Shown here: positions 43,481-53,403 of the stretch, piece after piece
How positions within the stretch are numbered: the first letter of the stretch is position 1
Layout: each line of letters opens with the position of its first letter
Assembly: GCA_963804165.1 (NCBI GenBank)
Contig: CAWDPO010000035.1
Location: forward strand, 96,001-160,000
Direction of reading: 5' to 3'
Source of the DNA: an uncultured delta proteobacterium
Lineage (GTDB): Bacteria > Desulfobacterota > Binatia > UBA9968
DNA length: 64,000 nt
Notes under the pieces: model-generated
What the model saw: the letters and a program-made list of their open reading frames with translations, nothing else
Databases searched by the model: none
Told to the model about the DNA's origin: nothing
Position numbers and translations under genes: made by a program

Positions 43481-43512
43481 GCAGATCCTTCGCTCTGCGC
43501 TCAGGATGACAC
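43481..43512. repeat. TGTCATCCTGAG..GAAGGATCT REP-like element
   Basis: gcagatccttcgctctgcgctcaggatgaca; relatives at 45744, 52027, 53404 and 53460. Confidence 0.7.
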
Positions 43513-43683
43513 TCGAATTACCTCATGTTCGGTGATGAATCGAAAGTAGAGTTCGCACGACTGTCACCGAGCCCGAAGAATCTGCTTTGTACTTGTAAGT
43601 CGTCAGCGCACTGCTCAAAGAAAGCGAACGAAACAGCGGCAGGGAACAGTCGGAAAACCAGTTCCCTGCCTGAAGATGGACCG

Positions 43684-44091
43684 TTATTGGCGGGCGCCGA
43701 ATGTGTTCTGCTGGACCATCCAGTCCTTTTGCGGTGAAAGATCGACGCGTTTGTTGTCGATGTTTTGATCTTTGGCGGTCACACGCAGGATTTCGAGCGG
43801 CTCCGGCGACGCGCTTTCGAACCAGTACTTATAGCCGCGCGGGACCAAGATCCCTTCGCCTTTTTTGTATTCGCCGACGAGCTTGTCGCCTTCACCGTAG
43901 AACTTCACTGCGCCGCTGATGACGTACCAAAAAGCGTCTTCGCCCGTGTGCGTGTGCAGATTGTTCTCGCCGCCATTTTTCACCACCTGCACTTGTACTT
44001 TCATCAGGTCGCTGTTGCAGACCTGCCAGGTCTTTTTGACGCCTTCGAACTCGGGGGTCTGATGTCTGAATTCTTTAGCTTCCTGTGGCAT
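43684..44091 (-). CDS. Cupin domain protein
   Basis: GGENNLHTHTGED..WYVISG..F, ILVPRG..YWF. Confidence 0.85.
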   Translation of the reverse strand: MPQEAKEFRHQTPEFEGVKKTWQVCNSDLMKVQVQVVKNGGENNLHTHTGEDAFWYVISGAVKFYGEGDKLVGEYKKGEGILVPRGYKYWFESASPEPLEILRVTAKDQNIDNKRVDLSPQKDWMVQQNTFGARQ

Positions 44092-44240
44092 GGGTCACCT
44101 CGCTGGTAGAATTTCTTCGAATGTATTCCCGATTGGGGCCGGTGGTCAAGCGTTGCCCAATTGAACATTAACTTGAGAACGGTTAATCATTGGATTTACG
44201 GATGGAATCTAGGCATTCGACGGTTGAATGGTGAGGTAAC

Positions 44241-45591
44241 ATGAGCAGCTGGATTATTACAGATGCTTTGATGATTCCCATGAGCGAGCGGAAGTCGTTC
44301 ATCGGTTATGTGCGGATTCGGGATGGCGTGATCACGGCAATGGATGCGGGCACGCCGTCGAAGAGTGACGACTCGGAGGAAATGATCGACGGCGCCGGTT
44401 GCGTGCTCATGCCCGGTCTTATCAACGCGCACACTCATCTCTATCAGGTGTTGCTGCGCGCCGTGTGGGAAGATTTGGAATTGATGCCCTGGCTCAAACG
44501 GATCTATGGCTGCGCCCGCGTGCTTCGGCCCGAGCACTTTTACGCCGGCAGCTTGCTCGGCTGCGTCGAGGCGATTCGCAGCGGCGTGACGACTTTGTGC
44601 GAGCATAATTTTCTCAACCCCAGCCCGGAGTGCGGGTTCGAGACCATACGGGCAATCAAAGACGCGGGTGTGCGCGCGGTATTCGCGCGCACGATCATGG
44701 ATACGGGGGAAATCGTGCCTGAGTGCACGAAAGAGAAACCCGAGCAGGCGTTTCGCCGTATCGAAGAGATCTTGGCGCACCACGCGCGCGGCGAGCAGTT
44801 GCAATTTATGACCGGGCCGAACACGCCGCCGATCAACACGACTCCCGGCCTCCTCAAGGAGATCCGCCGTTTCGCCGACGACAAGGCGCTGGGTATCAGC
44901 GCGCACGTGGCCGAGTCGAAGTCGGTGGTGGAGTGCGTGCGGCGGGAACATGGCAAGAACGGTGTAGTGGAGTTCTTGCACGAATTCGGTATTCCCGGAC
45001 CCAGCTCGATCTTTGCTCATTCCGTCCATATTTCCAAAGATGAGATCGCGCTGTTGAAACAAACCGGCTCATCCGTGTCGCACAATCCAGTGAGCAACAT
45101 GATGCTCGGCGACGGCGTCGCGCCGATAGTGGAGATGCTGCGCCAGGGAGTCAACGTCGCGACTCGGCACCGACGGGGCGGCGAGCAACCATTCGCAGGA
45201 TCTTTTCGACACCATGAAGGCGGCATCGCTGCTCCAGAAGGTTCACCATCAAGACGCCGGCGTGATCGATCCTTACTCAGTTTTACGCATGGCAACCGTG
45301 GGTGGAGCGAAGGCGCTGGGACTCGATTCTATCTGCGGCACGATTGAGGTCGGCAAGCGGGCGGATTTGATTCTCGTCGATATGAATACTATCCACAATC
45401 AGCCGGTAAACGATGTCTTCAGCCAGATCGTCCACTGCGCTAAGGCGAGCGATGTGAGAACTGTGATGGTCAACGGTGAAATCCTGATGCGGGATCGCAA
45501 ATTGACCCGGCACGATGACGCCAAGCTGATCGCCGATGCGCGGCAAGCCAACGGCGATCTGATGGATCGCGTCAATCAGTTGTCTTTCTAA
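44241..45591 (+). CDS. Metal-dependent amidohydrolase, MTA/SAH deaminase-AtzA-like (frameshift near 45165)
   Basis: PGLINAHTH, HVAES, AHSVH, HNPVSN, GTDG, GTIEVGKRADL. Confidence 0.88.
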
Positions 45592-45643
45592 TATGCGATT
45601 CCTAGTGTCATCGGCGCGGCAGGCTAATTCTCGCGAAGGAAGA

Positions 45644-45850
45644 GTCGAAGCAGAAAGATTTCTCAATCGCTTCGCTCCTTCGAAATGACAGCCAAAGTGA
45701 TGGTTGTCATTTCGATTCCTACGGCAAAGTAACTCTGTCACGATGTCATCCTGAGGCGATCGCCGAAGGATCTCGTCTTCGTAAGCGACAGAAACTTCGA
45801 GATTCTTCGCGGAGTTTATCCTGAGTCCCACCGAAGGACTCAGAATGACA
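45644..45850. repeat. Nested REP-like palindromes
   Basis: gatttctc..cttcgaaatgaca; tgtcatcctgag..gaaggatctcg...cgagattcttcg..ctcagaatgaca. Confidence 0.7.
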
Positions 45851-45937
45851 TCTGTGCGAGTTTTGCGATTGCGATACAGCCTCAAAGGCTCGGAGTAAAC
45901 TTCGAGAGAAATCTTTCTTAGATCGAACCTAGTTCGA

Positions 45938-46804
45938 ATGCTCTACTTGCTTCTCGCGATCCTCGGGTCCGGTGTCATCCCGGTCATTTTTCGCGCCTTC
46001 GATAAGCTCGGAGTGAATCTTTTTTGGGCAATCCCGGCGAATTATGTGATTTGTGTCCTGATTGGAAATATCTGGGCGGGAAGCTCGCTCGAATTAGCGA
46101 ATCTTGCGGCGCAGCCATGGATTGGTTTTGCCGCTGTCCAGGGAATTTTGCTCGCCGTAAATTTTTATCTGCTTGCGTATACGGCTCAGCGCGCCGGGGT
46201 CGCGGTTGCCGCGCTGGCGAGCCGGTTATCGGTCGCCATTCCATCGCTCCTTGCTTTTGTGCTCTACGGTGATTCGTTGAGCGTGGTGAAAATCGCCGGT
46301 CTGTGCGCGGCGCTCCTGGCGCTTTACTTGTGCACGGCTCCGGACAAGAATTCCAGCGCTACAACGGTCCGGCTGTTTCAGCTGATGCCGATCCTAGTTT
46401 TCATCACCTTCGGCTGCTATTTTTCCATCCTCAAGTATTTGCAGGCTTACTATCTCGACGCCTCGTCGTACCACGCTTACGTCATGTCAGGGTTCATCTT
46501 CGCGTTCGCTTCGAGTATCGTGATCGGCTTTTCAAGACGCGTGTTCTCAGCGCATGATTTCCGGATGAAGCACATCTATGCGGGAATATTTTTGGGCGGG
46601 ATCAATTATGTTGCGGTTTACGCGCTGCTCGAAGTTCTTGCGCTAAAGGGTTGGGAGAGTTCCCAGCTGTTTCCGATTTACAGCGTGGGAGTCGTCGCCG
46701 TGAGCGCCATCCTCGCGATGTTGATCTTCCGCGAAAGATTGTCGAGACGGAGAATGGCAGGCTTGGTCGTCGGTCTCGCGGCCGTGGGGCTGCTGAATCG
46801 ATAA
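45938..46804 (+). CDS. DMT/EamA-like membrane transporter
   Basis: About 10 TM segments; two-repeat pattern (YGDSLS..KIAG; FRERLSRRRMAG). Confidence 0.8.
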   Translation: MLYLLLAILGSGVIPVIFRAFDKLGVNLFWAIPANYVICVLIGNIWAGSSLELANLAAQPWIGFAAVQGILLAVNFYLLAYTAQRAGVAVAALASRLSVAIPSLLAFVLYGDSLSVVKIAGLCAALLALYLCTAPDKNSSATTVRLFQLMPILVFITFGCYFSILKYLQAYYLDASSYHAYVMSGFIFAFASSIVIGFSRRVFSAHDFRMKHIYAGIFLGGINYVAVYALLEVLALKGWESSQLFPIYSVGVVAVSAILAMLIFRERLSRRRMAGLVVGLAAVGLLNR

Positions 46805-46805
46805 T

Positions 46806-47798
46806 CTATTTCAGTGCCGCGCCGACTTTTCGCACTGTGCTGAAATCGAATACCTGCTCCGGCAGCACCGGCTGCTTGGGTTTGACCCGCACCGAAGCGT
46901 CCGCGATCATCTGTCGTTGAATTTCTTCGCTCACCAAGCCGTTCTCTAAAAAGTCCGGGCCTGCCACGTCATACACGCGCGCGGCGATCTTATCGGCGTT
47001 CTTGCCGAGATCGACCCAGGGCCCCTTGAGAAAATCGATGGCGTATTTCCTGTCCGACTTGATCAGGCGCGTCGCGCGCAGCATGGCGCGCACGACCTTC
47101 GTCACCAGCTCCGGCTGCTCGGCTAGCATCGTCTTGGTAGTCGCAAGGCCGCCCTGGACCGCTTGATAGTATTCGCCGGCAGCCGCCAGTTTGCGGAAGC
47201 CTTCATCCTGCGCCGTGAAGGTCAATGGCATTTGCAGCGGCGCGGCGTCGATGACTTTGGCTTTCAATGACAAGTAAGTGACGTGGCTTGGACCGGTCGC
47301 GAGGATGGACACTTCTTCGGGACGTACATTGTGAGCGACCAAAATCCGACGGGCCAAAATTTCTGCCAGCGACCCGACGCCGCCGGTGCCGATTTTTTTG
47401 CCGCGTAATTGCTGCACCGTCGTGATATTGGGTTGGACGATCAGATCGAACGACGGCCGATCCGTGACGGCAAAGATCACTTTGATATCCGCGCCCTGAA
47501 CGGCGGAGCTCACCGCCGATCCGGTGGCAGACGCAAACTGAGTGCTGTTGCCCATTGTCGCCTGGATAGTTTGAATAGCCTGCATCACGATCAGCTCGAC
47601 ATCCAAACCTTCCTCACGGAAAAAGCCGCGCTCCTTGGCAACGAAAAACGGCATGGAAGTCGTGCTTCTTGCTGCCAAGCCCATGCGGACCTGCGTTAGT
47701 TTGTCCGGTTTATCGGCAGAAAACGCAGTTTCAGCCGTGGGACTTAACAGCGTGATTAACAGCGCGACTAAAGTGTTGATACATCCATTCATACTCAT
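46806..47798 (-). CDS. NMT1/SsuA-family solute-binding protein
   Basis: Signal peptide; ERGFFREEGLDVELI, LRGKKIG, KVVRAMLRA. Confidence 0.87.
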   Translation of the reverse strand: MSMNGCINTLVALLITLLSPTAETAFSADKPDKLTQVRMGLAARSTTSMPFFVAKERGFFREEGLDVELIVMQAIQTIQATMGNSTQFASATGSAVSSAVQGADIKVIFAVTDRPSFDLIVQPNITTVQQLRGKKIGTGGVGSLAEILARRILVAHNVRPEEVSILATGPSHVTYLSLKAKVIDAAPLQMPLTFTAQDEGFRKLAAAGEYYQAVQGGLATTKTMLAEQPELVTKVVRAMLRATRLIKSDRKYAIDFLKGPWVDLGKNADKIAARVYDVAGPDFLENGLVSEEIQRQMIADASVRVKPKQPVLPEQVFDFSTVRKVGAALK

Positions 47799-47885
47799 CC
47801 AGGTCCTCGTAGCAACTATGCCAGGTCGAAATTGGATAAGGTCGCACGGAAAAAGTGAACCGGATCGTTATTCCCGCCAAACAAC

Positions 47886-48767
47886 TTATTGATCCGTTAC
47901 GTCTATGAAATTTCCGTCCGGATCGGCCAGCTGATGTCGGCCGTAACGACAAGCCGAGAGCAGTCGCAGTACGACATCGTGTTCGGAAGCCAAATTGGGA
48001 GCCTTTGGAGTCATCCACTCAGGATCCACGCTGGTCAAAACATCGAAATCTTTTCTAAACATCTCCATGTTTTCCACCTTGAACCCGACGTGGTCGAGTC
48101 CGGGGCCCCTGTGTTCGGCGCCGTGATAGTCTTCGATCTTCCATGGTGTCAGGATCAACGTGACTTTGCCGTCGGTGAGGTAAAAATTCGGGTCTTCCAA
48201 CGCCTTTTCCTCTTCTTTAAGTTCGAATACGTCCACGTAAAAGCGCGCTAAAGCACCCGGATTGATGGCGCGTATCGTCAGGTGCTTAATATAGCGATCT
48301 TGCTCCCGATCGGACTCGGCCCAGACACCGCGGACGTTATCCAAACCGGGCTGGCTCAGGTCGAACAGATGGCCTTCAGGATCGTGTGAGCTGAAAGACG
48401 CAAACGGTCGGTTGCTTGGTCTCTTCACCACTCCCACTGCGGGATATTTTTCCTTGTAGCGGCTGAAAACGCGGTCCAGGTCGTCTACCTCGATGCCAAA
48501 GTGATCTATGCCTGCCGGATATCCCGGTCGCCGGCGCAGGAACGCCACCCCAACATTGCCGTCGCCTGCTATCACCGTTGCATCGTAAGGTTTGGCAACG
48601 CGTTTGGTCGACAAAAGCGGATTGCCAAAACGCTTGGCGAACTCTTCCTCGGATGCCGTGGAGGTATCTGCCCTCGCCCGAGTTAGGCCAAACAAGCACT
48701 CATAGAATCGACAGAGCCGGGGCGCGTTGTGGCTCATAAACGCCACATGTTTGATCTTTGCTATCAT
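47886..48767 (-). CDS. VOC/glyoxalase family protein
   Basis: KIKHVA, GIDHFGIEV, HDPEG, GLDHVGFKV, DPDGNFID. Confidence 0.85.
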   Translation of the reverse strand: MIAKIKHVAFMSHNAPRLCRFYECLFGLTRARADTSTASEEEFAKRFGNPLLSTKRVAKPYDATVIAGDGNVGVAFLRRRPGYPAGIDHFGIEVDDLDRVFSRYKEKYPAVGVVKRPSNRPFASFSSHDPEGHLFDLSQPGLDNVRGVWAESDREQDRYIKHLTIRAINPGALARFYVDVFELKEEEKALEDPNFYLTDGKVTLILTPWKIEDYHGAEHRGPGLDHVGFKVENMEMFRKDFDVLTSVDPEWMTPKAPNLASEHDVVLRLLSACRYGRHQLADPDGNFIDVTDQ

Positions 48768-48847
48768 TGTAACGGTCCTTTCTACAATTTTTGATACGCT
48801 CGCAAACTCCGATGGCACTTCAAAACATTACAGTAGTCGATATGCTG

Positions 48848-49843
48848 TTATCTTTGCGTGTATTCCTTCTGCAATTTATTAAAGAAGCCTTCTCTCTCCA
48901 GTTCATCGATCAGGCTTTCGTCGATGAGCCGGCTCAAATTTACCTCCTCTTTTGGGCGCCCCATCTGTTGTAGAACGACGTCAGCGACACCTCTAACACC
49001 TTTACGGCCGACCCGGGGCGGTAAAGAAAATACGTTGTGGTATAGATCATAGGTCTCTTCCGCCACTTTGCGATCCACTTTTAGGTGTCTGGTAATGACA
49101 GGTAGGATTTTTTCGCGCTGGGTACTGACTTGGTAGATCGACTCGCTGAGCGCTTGGAGAAAACGCTTGATGGTATCGCGTTCCTTATCAAGAAACGAAC
49201 GACGTGCAACGATCAGTCTGTCGGGGAACTCCGGTACGATCTCAGCCAAGTCACCTAAAATCGTCATTCCCTTTTGCGCGGCTATGAGGGCGTGGTCATA
49301 GGAAATGACGGTGGCATCCAAGCCGCGGGCATCCATCGCCGTTAATCGCGTAGCGCTGCCTCCGGCAGGAATGATATTTACCGCTTCGCGTGGAATGCCC
49401 CATTCTCGAAGCGCGAGCAGAACGCCAAATTCGTTTGATCCGCCGAAATTGGCAATGCCGACTTTTTTTCCACGAAGATCTCCAGGCTTCGTGATGGTCT
49501 TTTGGGCGACGAACTTTAGCAAATTTTTGTTTAGAAAACCGCCGACGATGACAACATCTCCACCGGCGAGACTCGTACGGAGGGGAACCATGGCCGCCAT
49601 ATTCGCAGAATGAACGCTTCCACCAAGTAGCGCTTGCATTCCGCGTGCTCCTCCCAGGATCAGAACACTTTCCACGTCCAATTGATATTTGCGAAATGTT
49701 CCCAGGTCCTTCCCGGCCCAGAGGGGAATCTGCGCACCCCCGACACCCGCGCTACTATGAAGGTGGCGTTGTTGCGCGGAAAGACTGAATAGCGGAATCA
49801 GAGAAAATAATACAAAAAGCGATCGTGTGACTGCAGGTCGCAT
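48848..49843 (-). CDS. NMT1/SsuA-family solute-binding protein
   Basis: Signal peptide; FRKYQLDV, DLRGKKVGIANFGGS, KRFLQALSES. Confidence 0.87.
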   Translation of the reverse strand: MRPAVTRSLFVLFSLIPLFSLSAQQRHLHSSAGVGGAQIPLWAGKDLGTFRKYQLDVESVLILGGARGMQALLGGSVHSANMAAMVPLRTSLAGGDVVIVGGFLNKNLLKFVAQKTITKPGDLRGKKVGIANFGGSNEFGVLLALREWGIPREAVNIIPAGGSATRLTAMDARGLDATVISYDHALIAAQKGMTILGDLAEIVPEFPDRLIVARRSFLDKERDTIKRFLQALSESIYQVSTQREKILPVITRHLKVDRKVAEETYDLYHNVFSLPPRVGRKGVRGVADVVLQQMGRPKEEVNLSRLIDESLIDELEREGFFNKLQKEYTQR

Positions 49844-49996
49844 CTAAATTACGGATGTCTTTCTAACCCTCACGCATGAATTTGAGAGCTTTCACCGTTC
49901 GAGAATCAATTTCGACTCCATCAGCGTGCTATCAAAATCAACCGCAGACGTCGATCCCGAAGGCCTCGCTCGAGCGGAACTAGCCGATGGGATCTG

Positions 49997-50611
49997 TTAT
50001 CCCGCGGTTTGGTCAGGCGGTGACTTCACTACATGCTCGATCAAGCGCTGCAATTCTTCGTAGGGCTGCGCTCCGACCATTAGATATTTTCCAGCCAGAA
50101 ACGTCGGTACCGCGTTTACACCATAAGCGGCGCAGCGGCGCCAGTCGTCGTCGACGGCGTCCTTGAACTTGCGGCTCAGCAATACATCGGTGGCTTCGTC
50201 GGCCGGCAAATCATGCTCCTCGGCGATCTGGGCAAGCACGTCGGCTTTGCCGATGTTCTTAACGTCGACGAAGTAGGCGCGGAACAAAGCGTCGGTAACT
50301 TCTTCACCCTTGCCTTTGGTGTCGGCCCATTTCGCCAACTCCTGGGCGAGCCGGCTGTTGTAGGACATGTTGCGCTCGGCGTTGAACGGCAAGCCCTCGC
50401 GCTCCATGTTTACTTTCATGCGCTGGTTGCGCGCGATGATCTCCGGTCCGCGCACGCTGCCTTCCTCGGGGGTATCCGGATGAAGCGGAAATTGAGTGAA
50501 TTTGATCTCAAGACCGAATTTCTTTTTGAGTTTCTCGACACGCCCGGTGACGAGGTAGCACCACGGTCAAACGAAATCGGAAAACACTTCGAGGACTAAT
50601 GGCTCGGACAT
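49997..50611 (-). CDS. DsbA/FrnE-family oxidoreductase, probable selenoprotein (UPWC)
   Basis: ATG at 50611 with GAGG RBS: MSEPLVLEVFSDFV-TGA-PWCYLVTGRVE...FPLHPDTP, in frame with the ORF-track 49997..50455 (NSRLAQEL, AVPTF, GAQPYE). Confidence 0.88.
50537..50557 (-). promoter_or_regulatory. Candidate bacterial SECIS hairpin
   Basis: mRNA CUCG-U-CAC-CGGGC-GUG-U-CGAG starts about 12 nt 3' of the UGA; boundaries approximate. Confidence 0.5.
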
Positions 50612-50622
50612 GATTTCCTCCT

Positions 50623-50729
50623 GTTCCAATCGATCCAATCGGTCAAATCGTTCGATAAGTCGAATTCCATCGGTTCCAAACGTTCCAATGGTTCCAGTTG
50701 TTCCAAGGGTTCAAAAGTTCAACGCTTCC
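50623..50729. repeat. 9-bp-period GTTCCAANN tandem repeat
   Basis: gttccaatc gatccaatc ggtcaaatc ... gttccaaac gttccaatg gttccagtt gttccaagg gttcaaaa. Confidence 0.75.
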
Positions 50730-50840
50730 ATGTTTGAATAGATACTAGGGTTGTTGTTGGGGCGAAGTCAAAGGGGGAATTCAGCCGGCGGCGCAAAGTT
50801 GACTTTGGTTCGTGGGCTCGGATACTTTGAATCCAGGGCC

Positions 50841-51599
50841 ATGCCATTTGTCCAACTTAACAACATTGTCCATCGTTACGTCGATGAGGGCGCGAAGGAA
50901 AAGCCGGCTATCGTTTTTGCCAATTCTCTGGGAAGCGACCTGCGCATTTGGGATGACGTGGCGGCCCGACTGGCGGCGGATTTCCGCGTGATTCGCTACG
51001 ATAAGCGCGGCCACGGGCTGACCGATGCCGTTCCACCGCCGTATTCCGCTAAGGATCTCGCGGACGACGTTGCCGGACTGCTCGACGCTCTCGAAATTAG
51101 CCAGGCGGTGATCTCCGGCGTGTCTGTCGGGGGTATAATTGCGCAGGCCTTGGCGTTGAACTATCCCCAACGTGCGCGCGCGTTGGTTTTGTGCGATACC
51201 GGCGCAAGAATAGGCTCGGTCGAATCGTGGCAGCAACGCATCGATATGGTTCAAACCGGCGGCTTAAAACCCCTCGAATCAGCGATGATGGAACGCTGGT
51301 TTTCAGTCCGATTTCGCGCGCAGCGGGCAGCGGACATTCGCGGCTATTCCAACATGCTGCTGCAAACTTCGGTGCCAGGATATATCGGCACGTGCTGCGC
51401 GCTACGCGAAGCGGATTTTCGCCCTGCGTTGTCGCGAATCAAGTGCCCCACGCTGGTTCTGTGTGGCGCCGAAGACATCGCGACGCCGCCGGATCTTGGC
51501 AAGGAATTGGCGGGTTTGATTCCCGGCGCGCAGTTTTCTTTGATTGAAAACTCGGCGCATTTGCCGTGCATCGAGCAGCCGGAAACCGTGGCCGCGTAG
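50841..51599 (+). CDS. pcaD: 3-oxoadipate enol-lactonase
   Basis: NSLGSDLRIWD, RYDKRGHG, GVSVGG, ERWF, AHLPCIEQP; true end probably 51636 if a 1-nt insertion is corrected. Confidence 0.9.
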   Translation: MPFVQLNNIVHRYVDEGAKEKPAIVFANSLGSDLRIWDDVAARLAADFRVIRYDKRGHGLTDAVPPPYSAKDLADDVAGLLDALEISQAVISGVSVGGIIAQALALNYPQRARALVLCDTGARIGSVESWQQRIDMVQTGGLKPLESAMMERWFSVRFRAQRAADIRGYSNMLLQTSVPGYIGTCCALREADFRPALSRIKCPTLVLCGAEDIATPPDLGKELAGLIPGAQFSLIENSAHLPCIEQPETVAA

Positions 51600-51628
51600 A
51601 ATGATGCAGTTTTTCCGGGAGGTGCAAA

Positions 51629-52015
51629 TTGTCTGACGATTCATTTGATAAAGGCATGACCGTGCGCAAGGCGGTACTCGGCGCCGAGTATGTAGCGCGC
51701 GCGGAAGCGAACAAAACAGAGTTCGATGCAGACTGGCAGCGCTACGTGACGGAGCATGCATGGGGCGCGGTATGGACCCGGCCGGGACTAGAAAAGCGGA
51801 CGCGCAGCATGCTCACGATCGCCATGCTGGCTTCTTTGGGCAAACTTGAGGAGCTCGGCGCGCATATCCGGGCGACGCGAAATACCGGGGTAACCAAGGA
51901 CGAAGTCAAAGAGGTTCTGCTGCAAGTCGCGGTTTACGCCGGCGCGCCGGCGGCGAATTCGGCGTTCGCCGTCGCTAAACGGACATATAAAGAGATGGAT
52001 GCGGAAGGTAAGTGA
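51629..52015 (+). CDS. pcaC: 4-carboxymuconolactone decarboxylase
   Basis: GMTVRKAVLG, AWGAVWTRPGL, EVLLQVAVYAGAPAAN. Confidence 0.92.
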   Translation: MSDDSFDKGMTVRKAVLGAEYVARAEANKTEFDADWQRYVTEHAWGAVWTRPGLEKRTRSMLTIAMLASLGKLEELGAHIRATRNTGVTKDEVKEVLLQVAVYAGAPAANSAFAVAKRTYKEMDAEGK

Positions 52016-52026
52016 CAAGATTTGGA

Positions 52027-52055
52027 CGAGATCCTTCACTTCGTTCAGGATGACA
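52027..52055. repeat. REP-like element inside the pca cluster
   Basis: cgagatccttcacttcgttcaggatgaca. Confidence 0.65.
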
Positions 52056-52102
52056 ACTGTCTTCGTTGTCAATTGTAACCGATCCCACACAAGGAAATTT
52101 TT

Positions 52103-52816
52103 ATGCGCATTCAAGAATACAATCCACGCGACTGGAGGTCTCATCCGCCTTATACTTTCAAAGCCTATGGCTCGTCGGTCAAGCGCGGACCGCTGAAAAG
52201 GTTGGTGCCGATCCAACAAACGTTGTCGGAGATCACCGGACCGCTGTTCAGCGACATCAAGCTCGAAGCAGGGGAAAACGATCTCACGCGCAACGCCGAT
52301 ACCGGCAAAGAGGCGATGGGCGAGCGCATTATCGTCGTCGGCCGCGTGCTCGACGAGGACGAACGGCCCGTGCCGAACACGGTCATCGAAATCTGGCAGG
52401 CCAACGCTGCCGGCCGCTATCATCATCCAGTCGATCAACACAACGCGCCGCTCGATCCGAACTTCACCGGCGCGGGGCGCTGCGTGACCAATGAAAAAGG
52501 CGAGTATCGCTATTTGACGATCAAGCCTGGCGCTTATCCCTGGCTCAATCATCCCAATGCGTGGCGACCGGCGCATATTCATCTATCAATATTCGGCCCG
52601 AGTTTCGTTACGCGTCTGGTGACGCAATTTTTCTTTCCCGGCGATCCATTGATACCGCTCGATCCGATTTTAAGTTCGGTGCCGACAAAGAACGGGCGCG
52701 AGCGGCTGATGGCGAGCTATGCACATGATGTGACCGAGCCTGAGTTCGCGTTGGGCTATCGCTTCGATATTGTGTTGCGTGGCAGAAAAGCAACGCCGTT
52801 CGAGGAACCAAGATGA
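52103..52816 (+). CDS. pcaH: Protocatechuate 3,4-dioxygenase beta subunit
   Basis: EIWQANAAGRY, DPNFTGAGR, PGAYPW, WRPAHIH. Confidence 0.95.
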   Translation: MRIQEYNPRDWRSHPPYTFKAYGSSVKRGPLKRLVPIQQTLSEITGPLFSDIKLEAGENDLTRNADTGKEAMGERIIVVGRVLDEDERPVPNTVIEIWQANAAGRYHHPVDQHNAPLDPNFTGAGRCVTNEKGEYRYLTIKPGAYPWLNHPNAWRPAHIHLSIFGPSFVTRLVTQFFFPGDPLIPLDPILSSVPTKNGRERLMASYAHDVTEPEFALGYRFDIVLRGRKATPFEEPR

Positions 52817-53385
52817 GGAAACAAACACCTTCACAAACCGTCGGCCCTTTCTACGCCATCGGCATGACACGCAAAGCGATGAATGTCATGGCGACCGACG
52901 CGACCCAGGGTCAACGGATTCGGATCGAAGGGCAAGTCTTCGACGGCGACGGCAAGGCAATTCCCGACGTCATGGTGGAGATTTGGCAAGCCAACGCCTA
53001 CGGCCGCTATAATCACCCCGACGACAAACAGGAAAAACCGCTTGATCCGAGCTTCACGGGCTGGGGCCGTTCGGGCACCGATGAAAAATGTCTTTACAGT
53101 TTTGAAACGATCAAGCCCGGGCCGGTGCCTGGAAATGACGAGTCGGTGCAGGCGCCGCACCTCAACGTGGTCATCTTCGCGCGTGGCATGTTGGTGCACG
53201 CGTACACGAGAATGTATTTTGCCGATGAAGCGGCGAACGAGAGCGATCCCGTGCTGAATTCGGTCAAGAACAACGCGCGGCGGCGGACTCTGATCGCTGC
53301 CAGGGAAGACAGGAACGGCAGACCCGTCTACCGTTTCGACATCCGGCTCCAGGGTGAGAATGAGACGGTTTTCTTCGATATGTGA
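52813..53385 (+). CDS. pcaG: Protocatechuate 3,4-dioxygenase alpha subunit
   Basis: TPSQTVGPF, QAPH, FARGML, RFDIRLQGENETVFFD; ATGA overlap with pcaH. Confidence 0.95.
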   Translation: MRKQTPSQTVGPFYAIGMTRKAMNVMATDATQGQRIRIEGQVFDGDGKAIPDVMVEIWQANAYGRYNHPDDKQEKPLDPSFTGWGRSGTDEKCLYSFETIKPGPVPGNDESVQAPHLNVVIFARGMLVHAYTRMYFADEAANESDPVLNSVKNNARRRTLIAAREDRNGRPVYRFDIRLQGENETVFFDM

Positions 53386-53403
53386 GGGAAAGAAACTGGA
53401 AGT

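Noticed and set aside
37600-45200. Programmed frameshifting or true pseudogenes in the SBPs, acyl-CoA dehydrogenase and deaminase
   Set aside because: The shifts are scattered single-base indels, several in homopolymers, with otherwise intact genes; sequencing error is more likely.
50623-50729. Possible CRISPR array
   Set aside because: The period is 9 bp with no 25-45 bp repeats or unique spacers, and no cas genes are present.
51597-51599. In-frame TAG near the pcaD end as pyrrolysine or readthrough
   Set aside because: Removing one base gives a natural end (RMMQFFREVQIV*) overlapping the pcaC start, so an indel explains it better.
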